From Candidatus Magasanikiibacteriota bacterium (lineage in GTDB: Bacteria > Patescibacteriota > Patescibacteriia > Magasanikbacterales > GWA2-37-8): DNA of 64,000 nt. Position 1 is the stretch's first letter; each line of letters starts with the position of its first letter. The notes under the pieces were generated by a model that saw only the letters and a program-made list of their open reading frames with translations, searched no databases and was not told where the DNA came from. The stretch is taken from positions 1,162 to 65,161 of the forward strand of contig JACPGS010000007.1 in the NCBI GenBank assembly GCA_016189025.1, read 5' to 3'. The position numbers and the translations under genes are program-made. Shown here piece by piece: positions 46,101 to 54,989 of the stretch.

Positions 46101-48902
46101 TTATTCCGCCAGAATGGTCAGAGCGCGGGTGGGGGCCAGACGGAAGAAATTGCCGCGCCGATAAGCGCTGACAATCAGCTTCTCCAGATCATTCACCTTG
46201 AACTGATCAAATTTTTCGCCCCCCGTTTCCAGCACTTTCTTTAACTCCTGCTCAAAGGGGCCGGGAGTTACCAACCCCAGCGCTTCGGCCAATTCATCCA
46301 GTTGTTCGCCCAGCTTCCCCAGTCCTTCTATTAAATCAACATTAACCTCGGCGGTGCGCCGCTTGCCCGCGAGGGTGCGCACTTCTGCCAATTGCTGCTG
46401 CGCTTCGGCGAGCAGGGAACGGACTTCCGATAAATCCTCGCCGGCGCGTTCGCGCGCGGTCAGGCGCCGCGTAAAGCGCGTCAAATCAGCGCTGGCCTTA
46501 TTCAAAAAGCGCTGAACATTGGCAACCGCCCGGATTGCTTCAGCCAGCGACTCGGCCTGACCCAGCTTGTCCAGAACATTCTCTTCCAGATAATCAGCCA
46601 CTTCGCTAACCGGCACGGCGCCGCCCCTTACTTCCCCTAACGCTGCCTTAGCTTCGGCAATTAGGGTAGCCATTTGGCCCAGCTCCTCCACTACTTCCAG
46701 CTTAAAGCGCCGGCTGACTGCCACCGCCTCTTTGCGCGCGGCATCCGCGGTTTGCAGCCGGGCCGACAGCACTTTTACAATCCGCGGCAGGCGCGACAGC
46801 TGCTCCAGCTCGGGCAATAATTCATTTAATTGCGCTGCCACTTCTGGCAACTGTTCGGTGAGGTCTTTTACCTCATCGTAAGTTTTGGCGTTTTTCACCC
46901 GTTTGGCTAAATCCCGCGCCGTGGCAATAACTTCTTTAACCTTGGGGTCCACCGTAATTTTGTCTTTTTCCAATTTTTTAATTTTATTCTCCAGGGTGGT
47001 GAGATAACGCTCAAACTGGCGAATCCCCCGCTGCATATCGCGCAGCGCCCGGCGCTGGAATTCCTGGTCACGGCCGCGTTCATCAATCTCCCCCTCCTTT
47101 TCCAGGGCATCCTGGTAGGCATCGCGCAGCAGCTCTACCTCTTCGCGGAAAACATTCATCGTTTCAAAACTGGTGGAATCTTTAGGAGTGAAGGCACTTA
47201 TTTTATCCTGAAGCGCCGCGATTTTGGCTAACATCGCCTCGTCTTTAACTTTCTTAAAGAATTTCTCCATAGTCTTTAATTCCCGCGCCATCCCCCGCTT
47301 TTCCGAATTAAGCTGGCGCACCTGCTGGCGAGTTAATTCGGTAATAATCGGCTTGGGCTCTGGTTCAGGTTTTGGTTCTGGCTTGGGCTCTGGCGGCGGC
47401 ACTACCTGACTGCAGGTTTGCCCGGGCACGGCGCACCATCCGCTTTTCGCCCCGGTTTTATCGGTGCACCAGGTGCCGCCTTTGTTCAGACAAACGGTAA
47501 TCGGATCTTCGGTCTTGGGACACTGATCAGCGGTTTTAACTACGGTGCCATTGGGGCAGGTATATACGGCCGGGCAATCAGCCGTAGCAGCGACTTTTGA
47601 GCCGTCGGCACAAGTCCTGGTGTCAGGGGTAGCGGACCCTTTCTTGGGACAGCCGGAAAGCCGCGCCGCAAAACTCTTGCCGTCCGGGCAGGTCATTTGC
47701 CCGGAGGGGGGCATGGCCATACAAGGTTCTGCGCTGCACCAGCCAGAGCTAGCAGCAGTAGCCGCGCTGGCGGAAGTACACCAGTTTTTTCCGGCGGCTT
47801 GACAGCTAGACTGCGTGGTAGGCATGGTGGGGCAAGTAGCAGGGGAGGTAACTACTGAATTATCCCAACAGCGCATCTGACCCGATTGGGTGGGGGTATA
47901 GCAAGTTTGGATTCCCATCATGCAGGACCCCCCGTAGCTAGCCCCACCAGTAGCAGCGCACCACTTGCCATAGTATTCCTCGCATTCTGTTTGCGCGCTG
48001 GGCCAGGTATAGGTAGGGGTGGGAGTGGGCGTAGGAGTGGGCGTAGTTGACGGACAGCTTTCCGTTGCCGAGGAGGTGCAATAACCGCTGGAGCCGGACG
48101 CTCCGCCCGAACTGGCGCACCATTTGCGGCTTTTGGCTACGCAGGTGGCTTGGTCATAAATCGGACAAGCTCCCGGCGGCGTGGCGCACCAGCCGCTACT
48201 GCCAGAGCTGCCGCTAGTCGTACCGCCCGAACCGGACGTATAAGCGCACCACTCGCCGCCCTGAGTGGAACAATCTGCCGAGGTATAGGCCGGACAAGGG
48301 CTGCTGCCAGTGGAACAATAACCGGACACGCCATCGGAATTCTTGCACCATTTACCCCCGGAACTGGTACAAGTAGTTTGAGCATCAGAAACCGGACACT
48401 GCTGCCCGGTAGCAGCGCACCAATCCGAGCCGCCGCTGGTGCCGCTGCACCACTGCCGGCCTTTGGCTTCGCAGGTGGCTTTGTCGTTCACTGGGCAGCT
48501 GCTGCCGGAGCCGCTGGCGCACCAGCCGGTGGCGCCGCTCATTCCCGGGCACCACTCTCCCCCCTGGGCGCTGCAGCTCGCCGAATCATAAGCCGGACAA
48601 GAACCGGTGCTGTACGAGCAATAGGAGGACCCGCTGGAGCTGGGGCACCATTTATATCCCTGGCTGGTGCAGGTGGTTTGGGGATCGGTGGTGGTACCAG
48701 TTCCCGAGGTGCCGGTACCGGAAGTGCCACCGGAAGTGCCGGAAGTGCCGGTATAAGTACCGGTGCCGGAAGAGCCAGTGCCGCTGTCAGTAGTTTGGGC
48801 TACGGCATAACCTACTAAAATAGTAGCGCCGGCTAGCATAATCAGCGTGGGGCCGATTAACAATAGCCAGCGCCAATGCCGGGGAGTGGTAGTGGATTGC
48901 AT
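46101..48902 (-). CDS. secreted/membrane-anchored Cys-rich repeat protein with a C-terminal long coiled-coil domain
   Basis: 933 aa. A Gly/Thr/Ser-rich region is followed by at least 7 repeats of W-C-x5-15-G-(W/Y)-C-x4-8-C-P, for example QGGEWCPGMSGATGWCASGSGSSCP. Then come a PEPKPEPKPEPEPKP linker and about 400 aa of helix. Confidence 0.55.
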   Translation of the reverse strand: MQSTTTPRHWRWLLLIGPTLIMLAGATILVGYAVAQTTDSGTGSSGTGTYTGTSGTSGGTSGTGTSGTGTTTDPQTTCTSQGYKWCPSSSGSSYCSYSTGSCPAYDSASCSAQGGEWCPGMSGATGWCASGSGSSCPVNDKATCEAKGRQWCSGTSGGSDWCAATGQQCPVSDAQTTCTSSGGKWCKNSDGVSGYCSTGSSPCPAYTSADCSTQGGEWCAYTSGSGGTTSGSSGSSGWCATPPGACPIYDQATCVAKSRKWCASSGGASGSSGYCTSSATESCPSTTPTPTPTPTPTYTWPSAQTECEEYYGKWCAATGGASYGGSCMMGIQTCYTPTQSGQMRCWDNSVVTSPATCPTMPTTQSSCQAAGKNWCTSASAATAASSGWCSAEPCMAMPPSGQMTCPDGKSFAARLSGCPKKGSATPDTRTCADGSKVAATADCPAVYTCPNGTVVKTADQCPKTEDPITVCLNKGGTWCTDKTGAKSGWCAVPGQTCSQVVPPPEPKPEPKPEPEPKPIITELTRQQVRQLNSEKRGMARELKTMEKFFKKVKDEAMLAKIAALQDKISAFTPKDSTSFETMNVFREEVELLRDAYQDALEKEGEIDERGRDQEFQRRALRDMQRGIRQFERYLTTLENKIKKLEKDKITVDPKVKEVIATARDLAKRVKNAKTYDEVKDLTEQLPEVAAQLNELLPELEQLSRLPRIVKVLSARLQTADAARKEAVAVSRRFKLEVVEELGQMATLIAEAKAALGEVRGGAVPVSEVADYLEENVLDKLGQAESLAEAIRAVANVQRFLNKASADLTRFTRRLTARERAGEDLSEVRSLLAEAQQQLAEVRTLAGKRRTAEVNVDLIEGLGKLGEQLDELAEALGLVTPGPFEQELKKVLETGGEKFDQFKVNDLEKLIVSAYRRGNFFRLAPTRALTILAE

Positions 48903-48962
48903 AGAGCTTCCTCCTAAAAATAAATAAAATTAATACGAATTAAATTTTCGCTTCCGGAGAAT

Positions 48963-48991
48963 ATTATAGCATATCCTAACCCAAGTGATAA
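48963..48991 (-). promoter_or_regulatory. sigma-70-like promoter (TTATCA-N17-TATAAT) with AGGAGG Shine-Dalgarno, for the Cys-rich protein gene
   Basis: On the minus strand the sequence reads ttatcacttgggttaggatatgctataat...ttaggaggaagctctATG. Confidence 0.55.
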
Positions 48992-48996
48992 ATAAA

Positions 48997-49025
48997 AACA
49001 CGCCCCGTCAAGGGGGCGTGTGGAT
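48997..49025 (-). terminator. rho-independent terminator after the DsbA-like gene
   Basis: CACGCCCC-gtcaa-GGGGCGTG, followed on the minus strand by tttttattt. Confidence 0.6.
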
Positions 49026-49045
49026 AACCTGATTTACTGCTTGCT

Positions 49046-49885
49046 TTACCTTAACTTAGCCTCCACCGCTGCTTTAAGCTGCTCATACGAAACCGCGCCG
49101 GAAATCAACTGGGCATTGCCGTTGGCGTCCACCAAAAATGACCCGGGCGTGCCCTGCACCCCCGCCGCGGCCCCGGCATTCAGCTGCTCGCGCACTGGAG
49201 TGGCATATTTGCCAGAATCCAGGCAGGCCTTAAACCTGCTTTCGCTTAACCCTAATTCCCGCGCTAAAGGTGCCAGGGCATCCAGGGCAAAACCAGTGCC
49301 ATTGGCAGTGGTACGTTCAAAAATTTTATCTACATATCGCCAAAAAGCGTCGTTGCCACCCAGTTCGGCCGCGCACTCCGAGGCTTCAGCTTCTTTTTGG
49401 GCATTAGCATGGAACGATAAAGGATAATGCCGATACACCCACTTTACCTTACCGTCGTACTCCTGCAACAAGCGCTGCACCGTGGAGTGGAAACGCTGGC
49501 AGAATGGGCATTCCAGGTCCGAATATTCAATTAAAGTGAGCCGGGCGTTGCGGCTGCCGCGCACATGGTCGCTGGCAGCTAAAGGAGGCACCGGGCCGGT
49601 GGGTAGCTCCGGGGGAGCGGCAACGCCTGCCCCTCCTAGGGCCTGACCCGTGGGAGCATTACCAGCCAAACTATCGGACGCGCCCAGGCTAAACTGAGCA
49701 TTACCGCGCAGCATCAGCCCTAATAAAACAAAAAAACCGATGGTGCAGAGCACCAGAATGCCGCCGACTACGCCAACGAGGAGCGCCTGCTTGGGCGACA
49801 GCGCATTGAAAACCGACTGACCCGCCGGCGGGCGTTCCGGCGCGTCAAAATCCGGATCGTGAGGGAGAGGAGACATAAAGTTCAA
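49046..49885 (-). CDS. DsbA-family thiol:disulfide oxidoreductase (thioredoxin fold, CPFC active site), membrane-anchored
   Basis: YSDLECPFCQRFH, N-terminal TM (LLVGVVGGILVLCTIGFFVLLGL). Confidence 0.7.
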   Translation of the reverse strand: MNFMSPLPHDPDFDAPERPPAGQSVFNALSPKQALLVGVVGGILVLCTIGFFVLLGLMLRGNAQFSLGASDSLAGNAPTGQALGGAGVAAPPELPTGPVPPLAASDHVRGSRNARLTLIEYSDLECPFCQRFHSTVQRLLQEYDGKVKWVYRHYPLSFHANAQKEAEASECAAELGGNDAFWRYVDKIFERTTANGTGFALDALAPLARELGLSESRFKACLDSGKYATPVREQLNAGAAAGVQGTPGSFLVDANGNAQLISGAVSYEQLKAAVEAKLR

Positions 49886-49967
49886 AGGTAAAAAATGAAA
49901 GGTGCCAAGTCAAATCAGTATACTACAGCGCTGCGGCAAAGTCTATATAGACTTCATGTGGATAAAC

Positions 49968-50040
49968 TGAAACTGTAGAAGAATTGAAAAACGACAGCGA
50001 CCAGGCGGAAAATGATATAGTCGGTATTATTCTACAGTCT
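49968..50040 (+). repeat. MITE family 1, internally deleted copy G (TIRs plus right arm, no hairpin core)
   Basis: AAACTGTAGAAGAATTGAAAAA-CGACAGCGACCAGGCGGAAAATGATATAGTCGGTATTATTCTACAGTCT. Confidence 0.75.
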
Positions 50041-50044
50041 AAAG

Positions 50045-52369
50045 CTAACGTTCCGGGGCCAGGCGGCGCAGGCGCAAACTGTTGCCGACCACGCTGACGC
50101 TGGAAAAAGCCATCGCCGCCGCGGCAATCAGCGGATTCAACAAACCAAAAGCGGCGAGCGGCAGAGCCGCGGCATTATAGAAAAAAGCCCAGAATAAATT
50201 CTGCTTAATGATGCGGAAGGTGGCGCGCGACAGGATAATCGCTTCTACTGCTTTCAAGGGACTCCCCTTGACCAAAACAATACTGCCGGCTTCAATGGCA
50301 ATGTCCGTGCCGGTGCCGAGCGCTACCCCAAGATCTGCCTGGGTCAGAGCCGGCGCATCGTTAATGCCGTCGCCGACAAAGGCCACCCGCTGGCCTTTGG
50401 CCTGTAACTGCTGCACTTGCCGGGCTTTATCGGCCGGTAATACCTCGGCGAGGATAGTTTTGAACCCTAGCGCCTCGCCCACGGCGCGCGCCGTGCGCGC
50501 ATTGTCGCCGGTCATTAAAATCGGCTCCACTCCCATTCCCTTGAGTTTGGCTACGGCTTCTCCCGCATCAGACTTAGGAGTATCCGCCACCGCAATCAAA
50601 CCCATGAGCTCGGCCGGCTGGCCGGCAGATTGCTGAATTTGCTGATTGCTTACGGCTAACATCATTACGGTCTTACCTTTAGTTTCCAGAGCCTGAATTT
50701 GCGCTTCCGCCGCGGCGTCTAAAGTAACTCCGCGTTCGGCTAATAATGCCCGCGTGCCAATCAGCACCGCGCGCCTAGCCTCGCCCCCCTGCACTTCGGC
50801 GGTTACCCCTTTACCCGGTACGGCCTGGAAGGTGGCTACCGGCAGTAGTTTAACTTTATCCGCCGTACCGCGCTCCACTATGGCGCGCGCCAAAGGGTGC
50901 TCGGAATGAGCTTCTACGGATGCTGCTAATTGCAACAAAAGCTGGCGGCTGATTGCTGAATCTGCTGATTGCTGAATCTGCTGATTGCTAACAACTACAT
51001 CGGTCACCCGCGGCTTGCCTTCGGTGAGCGTGCCGGTTTTGTCAAACACCACCGCATCAATCCGTTTGGCTTTTTCCAGCGCTTCGCCGTTTTTAATGAG
51101 AATCCCCCGCCGCGCCCCCAGCCCGGTGCCGACCATAATGGCAGTGGGAGTAGCTAACCCCAGGGCGCAGGGGCAGGCAATTACCAGCACCGCTACCGCC
51201 GGAATCAGGCTGGCAGTAACGTCGCCCGTCTTCAGCCCCCAGGCCACCGCGGTAACCGCGGCAATCACCAGCACCACCGGCACAAAAATGCCGGAAATTT
51301 TATCTGCTAATTTTTGAATGGGCGCTTTCTTTTCCTGGGCTTCGGCCACCAGTTTTACAATCTGGGCCAAAACCGTATTCTCTCCTACCTTAGTGGCGGC
51401 AATTACCAGCGACCCATTGGTATTAATAGTAGCGCCGTATACTAAATCGCCTGCTTGCTTATCTGCGGGAATGGACTCGCCGGTCAGCATCGATTCGTCC
51501 AGCGCCGCCGCGCCCCGGATAATTTTGCCGTCGGTGGGAATTTTTTCGCCTGGTTTCACCATCAGCCAATCTCCTACGCTGATTGCTTCAATCGGCACTT
51601 CTTCGGTTTCCCCGGTCTCGTCGGATGCTGCTTTTTCCTTAATCCGCCGCGCAGTTTTGGCTCCTAACGCCAATAATTTAGCAATCGCCGCGCTGGCCGC
51701 GCCGGTACTTCTAGCTTCAAAAAATTTACCGAGCAGAATTAAAGCGGTAATGATAGCGCCGATTTCAAAATAAAGATTGGGGTGTTGGGTTGCCATCGCC
51801 CACACACTATAACCAAGTGCGGCAAGTGTTCCTAACGAAATCAGGGTATCCATCCCCGGCGCCAGATGGCGCACTTCGCGGGTCATGCCGCGGTGAAACT
51901 GCTGCCCGACGTAAAGAATAACAATCGCCGCCAGCGCCGCCGAGAGCCATAAAGAAAGCGGATAACCATAAAGCAATTGCCCAAATTCCCAGCCGGACAT
52001 GCCGATAATGGCAGCGGGAGTGGCTAAAACCAGCGCCACGACGGCCCGGCGTTTGGCAACGCCGACTTCGGCCTGCAGATGAGCGGTGTGATCAACCGGG
52101 GCCGCGCTATCCGGCCCGGCGGCGTGATGACCGGCATGAGCGGGGGCAGCAGTAGGCGCCGGAGCAGCCACCTCGTATCCCTCGCCGCGCACGGCCTGAT
52201 GCAAGGCGTGTTCGTCGGCTTTAGTTTCATCGTAAGTAACCGTCGCGGTCTTGAACGCAAAATTAACACTGGCATCGCTCACCCCCGGCACCTTTTTCAG
52301 GGCTCCTTCGTTGCGCGCCACGCACGAAGCGCAGTGCATGCCCTGAATGCCAAAAGTAATTTTTTTCAT
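50045..52369 (-). CDS. copA: copper-translocating P1B-type ATPase
   Basis: N-terminal HMA (GMHCASC), CPC (ACPCALGLATP), DKTGTLT, GDGINDAP. The probable start is MKKITFGIQGM at 52369. The longer track ORF reads through a MITE. Confidence 0.9.
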   Translation of the reverse strand: MKKITFGIQGMHCASCVARNEGALKKVPGVSDASVNFAFKTATVTYDETKADEHALHQAVRGEGYEVAAPAPTAAPAHAGHHAAGPDSAAPVDHTAHLQAEVGVAKRRAVVALVLATPAAIIGMSGWEFGQLLYGYPLSLWLSAALAAIVILYVGQQFHRGMTREVRHLAPGMDTLISLGTLAALGYSVWAMATQHPNLYFEIGAIITALILLGKFFEARSTGAASAAIAKLLALGAKTARRIKEKAASDETGETEEVPIEAISVGDWLMVKPGEKIPTDGKIIRGAAALDESMLTGESIPADKQAGDLVYGATINTNGSLVIAATKVGENTVLAQIVKLVAEAQEKKAPIQKLADKISGIFVPVVLVIAAVTAVAWGLKTGDVTASLIPAVAVLVIACPCALGLATPTAIMVGTGLGARRGILIKNGEALEKAKRIDAVVFDKTGTLTEGKPRVTDVVVSNQQIQQSADSAISRQLLLQLAASVEAHSEHPLARAIVERGTADKVKLLPVATFQAVPGKGVTAEVQGGEARRAVLIGTRALLAERGVTLDAAAEAQIQALETKGKTVMMLAVSNQQIQQSAGQPAELMGLIAVADTPKSDAGEAVAKLKGMGVEPILMTGDNARTARAVGEALGFKTILAEVLPADKARQVQQLQAKGQRVAFVGDGINDAPALTQADLGVALGTGTDIAIEAGSIVLVKGSPLKAVEAIILSRATFRIIKQNLFWAFFYNAAALPLAAFGLLNPLIAAAAMAFSSVSVVGNSLRLRRLAPER

Positions 52370-52382
52370 ATCCAGATTGAGG

Positions 52383-52556
52383 TTGTTGAAGAATATGACA
52401 TTGTTATCCGCCTGGTCGCTGTCGCTATTGCTAAAATTTACTTGGTTGGTCGCGGCAGACACTCTTTGGGTGCTCCCCCGATTTAATCGGGGTGCGCACC
52501 CAAAGACACTCGTCTGCCGCTCCCTGATGCTAACTGATTATTCCTATTCTTCTAGA
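52383..52556 (-). mobile_element. MITE-like repeat, family 1, copy H (reverse)
   Basis: GTTGAAGAAT ... core with loop CCCGATTTAATCGGGG ... ATTCTTCTAG. Confidence 0.85.
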
Positions 52557-52598
52557 ATATTAATATCGTAAGCGTTCTTCTGAAGACTTCAGATTAAG

Positions 52599-52723
52599 TA
52601 GGACTTACGCGTTTGGCTGCAGTTCAAGGCGGCAGCGAGCACCGGAGCGAGACGTAGCCAAAGCCTACGGCGAGCGAGGAGCGTAGCGACAACGCCGAAA
52701 TGCACCAAACGCGTAAGTCCTAT
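52599..52723. repeat. long inverted repeat: 18-bp perfect arms TAGGACTTACGCGTTTGG / CCAAACGCGTAAGTCCTA around an ~89-bp GC-rich spacer
   Basis: It lies between MITE H and the 3' end of the HMA-permease gene. The spacer has internal repeats (GGCGGCAGCGAGC / GGCGAGCGAGG / CGTAGCC). Confidence 0.5.
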
Positions 52724-52727
52724 TAAG

Positions 52728-54368
52728 CTATGAACTGCTCTTCGGCAGCACCGTAAAACTCCCCTGCACCATGCCCATGCTGCAGCTAAAGGCAATGCGG
52801 CCCTGGCGGGGCGGGGTAAATTCAATCAGATTCGGGCCGCGCGTTAAATAGCGCTGGATATTTAATTCGCGGGAGACCAATACCGAGGTGCAGCCCGCGG
52901 CCCGGGTACCGTCCACTTCCCAGCGCACTGGCGTGCCCTGGCGCACCACAAAATTAGCCGGCGTAAATCCGGTCGGCTCCACGCTCATTTTAATTACCTG
53001 CTTGCCGCTAATAATTTTTCCGCTTAATTCCTGCGCCTCCGCGTTAGCGCTGCCCACCGGCAACAGATGCGCCAGCGGGTAACCGGCGATATTAAAGGCA
53101 TTCTGAAAATTCCACAGGCCTAAAATTACCACCAAAGCGCCGGAAAATTGCACAAACCACCGCCCAGCCCGGCCTTTCAAACCGCTGGAAGCAAACCCCA
53201 AAATCAGCAAAGCCGGCGCCGTGCCCAGGGCAAAGGCCAACAGTACCGTGGCCGCGGCGGTAAAACTGCCGGTAGTTAAGGCATAGAGTTGCAGCGCCTG
53301 GGTAAAGCCGCAGGGAATAAAGAAAGTGGCGGCGCCCAAAGCAAACGGCGTGCCCCAATGATTTTTCCCTTCTACTGCCAATAGCCGATGGGAAATGCTT
53401 TTGGGCATCCGGGGCAACAGTTCGCGGAGCCACACCGGCGCCCAGCCCAGCATTTCTAACCCCATCATAAACATATAGAGCGCGGCGAGCAGGGTGATGA
53501 ACGCGGTAACCAAGGGAGAGGGAACCAGAACGCGCCCGACTACTCCCAAGAGCCCGCCCAGTAAGGCGTAGCTCGCCACCCGCCCGGCGACAAACAACAA
53601 AACCGGAGTAAAGCGCCCCGACCACCCGGCCCCGGCATATCGTTCGTTAAATTTAGCCGCCGCCGAAAGCAGCAGGCCGCCGGTAACCGCAATGCAGGAA
53701 GAGCTGGCCGCGACCAGCCCCACCAAAAATACCGCGCCAAAAGTCATTGTGGAGCCAGTGCCAAAGTTTGACTGCCACAGACCCAGGCGCGACAATAATG
53801 TATACAATAGAAAGATTAAGGCCGTGAGCCCCAGAAATCTGATGAATGATACCCGGTGCGCCGGCTGACTACGGGGCGCCGGAGCAGACGAAACCGAACG
53901 ATTAGCCGCGACGGAACGCACCCGATAATGAGTAGCGCCGAGCGCTTGCGCCAAATTTTGCTGAAGTAAATTAGTGTCGGCCGGAGTGCCGGGCGCCAGC
54001 GTCAGGTGCGCTACCCCGCGCCCCGCATTAACCTCTACTTTAGCCACGCCGGGGAGCTTCCCCCAGGCGCGCTCAATCGTTACTTCGCAGCTGCGGCAGG
54101 TCATGCCGTCGATCGCTACCGTCAGGGCGCGCGGGCTCGCCACCGCCTCGGCTGCTACTGCCGCGGCCTGCCAGCCGGCTTGGCGCAACGCTTCGCTCAC
54201 TGTCGCTGCCGTCAAATTAGCGTGGCCGATTACCCGCACCAAAGATTTAGCGACGTTAACATCTACCTGCCTGACGCCGGCTAAATGAATTAAACGCTCA
54301 CGCAACCGCTCGCCAGCGCCGGATTCCAGCGCCGGCTGCAGAGAAAATTTATAGGCTACTGGTTCCAT
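52728..54368 (-). CDS. HMA-domain membrane protein (two HMA domains + TauE/SafE- or DsbD_2-like permease + C-terminal cupredoxin-like domain); copper homeostasis
   Basis: GMTCRSCEVTIE (HMA), about 7 TM segments with Gly-rich helices, and a C-terminal beta-rich domain ending in SCSMGM. Confidence 0.5.
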   Translation of the reverse strand: MEPVAYKFSLQPALESGAGERLRERLIHLAGVRQVDVNVAKSLVRVIGHANLTAATVSEALRQAGWQAAAVAAEAVASPRALTVAIDGMTCRSCEVTIERAWGKLPGVAKVEVNAGRGVAHLTLAPGTPADTNLLQQNLAQALGATHYRVRSVAANRSVSSAPAPRSQPAHRVSFIRFLGLTALIFLLYTLLSRLGLWQSNFGTGSTMTFGAVFLVGLVAASSSCIAVTGGLLLSAAAKFNERYAGAGWSGRFTPVLLFVAGRVASYALLGGLLGVVGRVLVPSPLVTAFITLLAALYMFMMGLEMLGWAPVWLRELLPRMPKSISHRLLAVEGKNHWGTPFALGAATFFIPCGFTQALQLYALTTGSFTAAATVLLAFALGTAPALLILGFASSGLKGRAGRWFVQFSGALVVILGLWNFQNAFNIAGYPLAHLLPVGSANAEAQELSGKIISGKQVIKMSVEPTGFTPANFVVRQGTPVRWEVDGTRAAGCTSVLVSRELNIQRYLTRGPNLIEFTPPRQGRIAFSCSMGMVQGSFTVLPKSSS

Positions 54369-54398
54369 AGGAAGCCACTATAGCATAAATTTATAATC

Positions 54399-54428
54399 TT
54401 GACAAATAACCGCCCCCGTGTTAGAATC
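54399..54428 (+). promoter_or_regulatory. consensus sigma-70 promoter TTGACA-N17-TAGAAT
   Basis: cttgacaaataaccgcccccgtgttagaatcattatcATG. The ATG is at 54435. Confidence 0.6.
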
Positions 54429-54434
54429 ATTATC

Positions 54435-54887
54435 ATGAACAAACCCTCAAGAAAAAGAGTCTCTGGGCTACTGGCCGGCGGCCTGATTATTTTAGTAGCG
54501 CTGATTTATGTTTGTTCCCCTGGCCTGACCGGAATGAGCGCAATGATAACGGGCAGCCATGCCTCCCCCTGCCAAAATTACTCGGGGGATGCCTCCCTTA
54601 ATAATGCTATGAGCATGGTGAATTGTCTTAATGCTCATCTGCCCGCGGCCGGCGCGATTGCCCAAGACTTTACTACGGCGGCAGCGCTGCTGCTGTTGCT
54701 GGTTTCGGCGGCCATCGGTTATTGGCTGAAACGGGATATTTTATCATCCTGGTTCCGCTCCGCTTTAACGCGCGGCCAATATTGGTACCGTCGCTATCGC
54801 CTGGCCATCAAATCGCTCTGGGAAAGAAAATTATTGCGCTTCCTGAATCTTTTGGGTAATTACACGGCAGTCGCTTTGGCAGTATAG
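54435..54887 (+). CDS. hypothetical membrane protein (2 TM, Cys-containing loop)
   Basis: MNKPSRKRVSGLLAGGLIILVALIYV...HASPCQ...VNCLNAH... Confidence 0.4.
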   Translation: MNKPSRKRVSGLLAGGLIILVALIYVCSPGLTGMSAMITGSHASPCQNYSGDASLNNAMSMVNCLNAHLPAAGAIAQDFTTAAALLLLLVSAAIGYWLKRDILSSWFRSALTRGQYWYRRYRLAIKSLWERKLLRFLNLLGNYTAVALAV

Positions 54888-54989
54888 TTTTCCCCCTCGC
54901 CGTACCGGCGTTTAATTTAAGATGGGGAAACTGATAGTCCAAAGCGATTTTTTGTTGTAAAAATTTTATTTATCCTACCATTAGCACTA

